Part shown: one piece after another, positions 60,269 through 64,000 of the stretch
How positions within the stretch are numbered: the first letter of the stretch is position 1
Layout: each line of letters begins with the position of its first letter
Source of the DNA: an uncultured Chloroflexia bacterium
GTDB taxonomy: Bacteria > Chloroflexota > Limnocylindria > Limnocylindrales > CSP1-4
Reading direction: 5' to 3'
Assembly (NCBI GenBank): GCA_963833225.1
Contig: CAWHXD010000019.1
Location: 736,001 to 800,000 of the forward strand
DNA: 64,000 bases
Notes under the pieces: model-generated
What the model saw: the letters and a program-made list of their open reading frames with translations, nothing else
The model's database searches: none
What the model was told of the DNA's origin: nothing
Made by a program: the position numbers and the translations under genes

Positions 60269-61509
60269 ACCTGCCGGCCCCGACTCGTCGCCTGACCTCC
60301 GTGTCCGGACGCGCCATGACGTCGATGGCGGAACGGATCGGGATGGCGGCCGCGTCACGCATCCGGGTCGGATGCCTGGCGGTCGTCATGCCCGATGGCC
60401 GGAGGCGCCTGTTCGGTGACACCGCGTCCTCCCGCCGGGCGGAGATCCGGATCCACGACATGGATGCGGCCGTCCGGATCCTGCTCCACGGTGAGACCGG
60501 CGCCGGCGAGGCGTACATGGACGGGCAATGGTCCTCGCCCGATCTCGAGGCGCTGATCGAGCTCGCCGCGCTCAACCGCTCCGCCCTCGCGCTGACCAAC
60601 GGGTGGTGGCGGGTTCCCCTCCAGCTCCCGCGCGTGGTCGCGCACCGGGCCCGGCGCAACAGCCGGGCTCGGGCCCGGCAGAACATCTCGGCCCACTACG
60701 ACCTGGGCAACGACTTCTACCGCCTGTTCCTGGACGAGACGATGACGTACTCGTGCGCTGTCTTCGAAGCGCCTGGCCAGGCGCTCGCCGATGCCCAGCG
60801 CGCCAAGTACCGGCGCATCGCCGAGGGCGCCGGCCTGACCGCGGGCATGCACGTCCTGGAGATCGGGTCGGGATGGGGCGGCTTCGCGCTGTATGCGGCG
60901 GGCGAGCTGGGCTGCCGCGTGACGTCAATCACGATCTCCCGGGAGCAGCACGCGCTGGCCCGCGAGCGAGTCCGGGCGGCCGGCCTCGGGCACCTCGTCG
61001 ACATCGAGCTTCGGGACTACCGGGACATCAGCGGCACCTATGACGCCATCGTGTCGATCGAGATGCTCGAGGCCGTCGGCGCCGAGTACTACGAGACCTA
61101 CTTCGCGGCGGTGGACCGCGCGCTCAAACCGGGCGGGCGGTTCAGCCTCCAGGTCATCACCTTCCCGGACGCGGCCTACGAGAGCCAGCGCCGGGGTGCC
61201 AACTGGATCCAGACCCACATCTTTCCGGGCGGCCTGTGTCCCTCGCTGGCGGTCATCGAGCGGTCGCTCCACGGGACGCGCCTCCTCCTCCGCGACGCCT
61301 CCGACATCGGGCCCCACTACGCCACCACGCTTCGAGCCTGGCGGACGCGCTTCATGGCCAACCTCACGGAGATCCGGGCCCAGGGCTTCGACGACCGGTT
61401 CATCCGGACCTGGGAGTACTACCTGGCGCTCTCCGAGGCAGGCTTCGCGACCGGCCTCACGCAGGACCACCAGATCGTGATGGAGCGGTCGCGCGGCATC
61501 GAGGCCTGA
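60265..61509 (+). CDS. cfa: cyclopropane-fatty-acyl-phospholipid synthase family methyltransferase
   Basis: AHYDLGNDF, YSCA, EIGSGWG, IFPGG, WEYYL. Confidence 0.92.
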   Translation: MNLPAPTRRLTSVSGRAMTSMAERIGMAAASRIRVGCLAVVMPDGRRRLFGDTASSRRAEIRIHDMDAAVRILLHGETGAGEAYMDGQWSSPDLEALIELAALNRSALALTNGWWRVPLQLPRVVAHRARRNSRARARQNISAHYDLGNDFYRLFLDETMTYSCAVFEAPGQALADAQRAKYRRIAEGAGLTAGMHVLEIGSGWGGFALYAAGELGCRVTSITISREQHALARERVRAAGLGHLVDIELRDYRDISGTYDAIVSIEMLEAVGAEYYETYFAAVDRALKPGGRFSLQVITFPDAAYESQRRGANWIQTHIFPGGLCPSLAVIERSLHGTRLLLRDASDIGPHYATTLRAWRTRFMANLTEIRAQGFDDRFIRTWEYYLALSEAGFATGLTQDHQIVMERSRGIEA

Positions 61510-61549
61510 TCCGGTTCCGGCGTCGGGCGGCCAGCGGACGGCCGGCCGG

Positions 61550-61598
61550 CGCGGACGACCGGGTCGACGCGGACGACCGGGTCGACGCGGACTACCGG
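61550..61598. repeat. 18-bp tandem repeat x~3
   Basis: CGCGGACGACCGGGTCGA between convergent genes. Confidence 0.8.
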
Positions 61599-62075
61599 CC
61601 GGCGAGCAGCTCCGGCGGCACCAGGTAGCGGAGCACGCCGCGACCGCTGCCCAGGCGGCCTTCGAAGTCCACCCGCGCCAGGGCGCCCTTGCGCATCGGG
61701 ACCACCGCCATGCCGAGGAGCTCGCCGAGCAGGGACGAGAACTCGGGGTCGTGGCCGACGAGGCATGGACGCGCCGCCGGTCCGGCGGCGGCCAGGATCT
61801 CACCGACCACCTCCGCGTCCAGCGAGCCCGCCAGCCGGCGATCCTCCACGACCGGGACGTTGAGCACGGCACCGACGATCCCGGCGGTCTCTGCCGCGCG
61901 CACCTTGGGCGAGGTGATCATCAGGTCGGGTGCCTCGTCCAGGCCGCGCGAGCAGCTGCCCGATGCGCTCCGACTGCCGGCGACCCTTGTCGGAGAGGGG
62001 GCGCAGCGCGTCATCGCGGGTCCAGCGGCCGGAGTCACCGGCGTGGGCATGGCGGAGGAGGAGCAGGGTGGTCAT
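61592..62075 (-). CDS. sixA: SixA-type phosphohistidine phosphatase (frameshift near 61948)
   Basis: LLRHAHA, RPLSDKG, TSPKVRA, VGHDP. Confidence 0.85.
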
Positions 62076-62109
62076 GTGGGGGTCACGCTCGCAGGCGCCG
62101 GTGCCAGCG

Positions 62110-62874
62110 TCAAGGGTTGAGGTCCTCGACCTCGCCGGATGACAGGAACACGATGTCCTCCGCGATGTTGGTCACCCGGTCGCCGATCCGCTCCAGGTAG
62201 TGGGAGGCGAACAGGATCCGCGTGCCCGGATCCACGTTGGCCGGGTCCTCGCGCATCAGGACCAGGACCTCGTCAAAGATCCGGTGGTACAGGCTGTCGA
62301 CATCGTCGTCGAGGGCGGCGACCTCGCGGGCCGCATGCTCGTCCACGTCCACCAGGGCGCGGATGATGCCCCCCACCAGGTCGGCGACCCGACCGCCGAG
62401 CTCCGGCAGCAGCACGTAGTCCTTGAGCGGCGCGAACGGCGCCAGCTTGCGGGCCTGCTTGGCCACCGAGCCCGCGTGGTCGCCCATCCGCTCGAGCTCG
62501 TAGCTCACGTGGTCCAGCGTGAGCAGGTAGCGCAGGTCGCGCGCGACCGGGTTCTGGGTCGCGATCACCGCCGCGATCATCGCGGTCGCCTTCCGCTGCT
62601 GCTCGTTGATGGCGCTGTCCGCCTTGATGACGTCGAGGGCGGCCTCCGCATCGTGCGCGACGAGCGCGCCGATCGCAGCGTGAATCTGGGCCTCCACCTG
62701 GGAGCCCATCCGGAGCACGTCGTCCTTGATCTCGGCGATCTCGCGGTCGTACGTGGTCCGCATGGGATGCCGTGGCTCGGTCGAGAGGGGTGCGGTTCCG
62801 GCCCGGGCCGCCTCCGCGAGCGCGGCGACCTCGTCCTCGATGCTGGAGCCCGTGAGGCTGTCGTTCTCGGTCAT
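62110..62874 (-). CDS. phoU: phosphate signalling protein PhoU
   Basis: PVARDLR, LERMGDH, LERIGDRVTNIAE. Confidence 0.94.
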   Translation of the reverse strand: MTENDSLTGSSIEDEVAALAEAARAGTAPLSTEPRHPMRTTYDREIAEIKDDVLRMGSQVEAQIHAAIGALVAHDAEAALDVIKADSAINEQQRKATAMIAAVIATQNPVARDLRYLLTLDHVSYELERMGDHAGSVAKQARKLAPFAPLKDYVLLPELGGRVADLVGGIIRALVDVDEHAAREVAALDDDVDSLYHRIFDEVLVLMREDPANVDPGTRILFASHYLERIGDRVTNIAEDIVFLSSGEVEDLNP

Positions 62875-62888
62875 CGTCCGCCCTCCTC

Positions 62889-63800
62889 TCAGCCAAACCG
62901 GCCGGAGACGTAGTCCTCGGTCAGCTGGTTGGCCGGGTTGGTGAAGATCGTCGTGGTGACGCCCATCTCGACCAGGTAGCCGGCCCGATCGTCGCCCATG
63001 TTGAAGAATGCCGTCTGATCGCTGACACGAGCGGCCTGCTGCATATTGTGGGTCACGATCACGATCGTGTAGTTGGCCCGCAGCTCCGCCATCAGCTCCT
63101 CGATCCGCAGCGTCGCGACCGGATCGAGCGCCGACGCTGGCTCGTCCATCAGCAGCACGGCGGGATCCACGGCCAGGGCCCGGGCGATGCACAAGCGCTG
63201 CTGCTGGCCGCCGGAGAGCGATGTCCCGGGCTGCTTGAGCTTGTCCTTCACCTCGTCCCACAGGGCGGCGGAGCGCAGGCACCGCTCGACCGTCTCGTCG
63301 AGCACGGCGCGCGAATGGCGCCCGGTCAGCCGCAGGCCCGCCACGACGTTGTCGTAGATCGACATGGTGGGGAACGGGTTCGGACGCTGGAACACCATGC
63401 CGATGGCCCGCCGCAGCTGCACCGGATCCACGTCCGGCGCGTAGAGGTCGGTGCCGTCGAGCCGCAGGTGGCCCTCGATGTGCGCCCCGGGGACCAGCTC
63501 GTGCATCCGGTTCATGGACCGCAGGAAGGTGCTCTTGCCGCAGCCGGACGGGCCGATGATCGCGGTGATCGCGTGCGGCCGGATCGTCATCGACACGTCG
63601 CGGACGGCGCGGAAGGTGCCGTAGAACGCGGACAGGCCCTCGACCTCGATCCGCCCGGATGTCGCTTCGGCGGCCTCCGTGGCCGGCGTCTCGGGCGGTG
63701 CGGCACCACTGACCGCCGGATGCCCGGGAGCCGGGGTGGCCCCGGACTGGGAGCCCCGGGTGGCCCCGGACTCGGGGCCGTGGGGGGTGGTCACATTCAC
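62889..63800 (-). CDS. pstB: phosphate ABC ATP-binding protein
   Basis: [35 protein letters not shown]. Confidence 0.95.
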   Translation of the reverse strand: MNVTTPHGPESGATRGSQSGATPAPGHPAVSGAAPPETPATEAAEATSGRIEVEGLSAFYGTFRAVRDVSMTIRPHAITAIIGPSGCGKSTFLRSMNRMHELVPGAHIEGHLRLDGTDLYAPDVDPVQLRRAIGMVFQRPNPFPTMSIYDNVVAGLRLTGRHSRAVLDETVERCLRSAALWDEVKDKLKQPGTSLSGGQQQRLCIARALAVDPAVLLMDEPASALDPVATLRIEELMAELRANYTIVIVTHNMQQAARVSDQTAFFNMGDDRAGYLVEMGVTTTIFTNPANQLTEDYVSGRFG

Positions 63801-63813
63801 GATCTTGGCTCCC

Positions 63814-64000
63814 TCAACCGGCACGGCGGCCCCAGGTGCGGAATCGCACCAGGACGTTGATGACGAGGACGAATGCCAGCAGGAGGAATGCCGCGCCCCA
63901 GGCCTGCTGGTTGAGGGCCTCGTACGGTTGCCTGGCATTGACGTAGATGAAGATGGGGAGGGCGTCCATCGGGCGCCCGAAGTCGCCGACGTTGACGAGC
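63814..64000 (-). CDS. pstA: phosphate ABC permease PstA, 3' end (partial)
   Basis: [26 protein letters not shown] directly upstream of pstB. Confidence 0.85.
   Translation of the reverse strand, partial: LVNVGDFGRPMDALPIFIYVNARQPYEALNQQAWGAAFLLLAFVLVINVLVRFRTWGRRAG

Overview
Very GC-rich bacterial window; gene content and style suggest Chloroflexota, possibly Limnocylindria-like (inference). The flanks are housekeeping or metabolic: plsY, a split pyrimidine-catabolism cluster, MacAB-type efflux, upp, gltX, proS, PhoB/PhoR-like genes with pit, pstAB, phoU and sixA, araBDA with LacI, and a cfa/DUF1365 lipid cluster. The most unusual part is 15.9-24.3 kb. A 28-bp inverted-repeat (IR) family (CAACTGCGCCACCCAGTGTGTGAAACCT) bounds two elements: (i) one encoding a divergent Mutator/IS256-superfamily DDE transposase apparently fused to two C-terminal zinc-ribbon (DUF4379-like) domains, and (ii) 10 bp away, a transposase-less cassette carrying only a hipBA-type toxin-antitoxin pair. 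The transposase gene is split by an IS256 (8-bp target duplication AGGGCCGG). That IS256 is itself split by an IS110 whose non-coding leader contains readable bridge-RNA guides matching both its IS256 target and its own donor junction. Many single-base frameshifts in conserved genes suggest long-read indel errors. All family calls come from motif recognition, not database searches.
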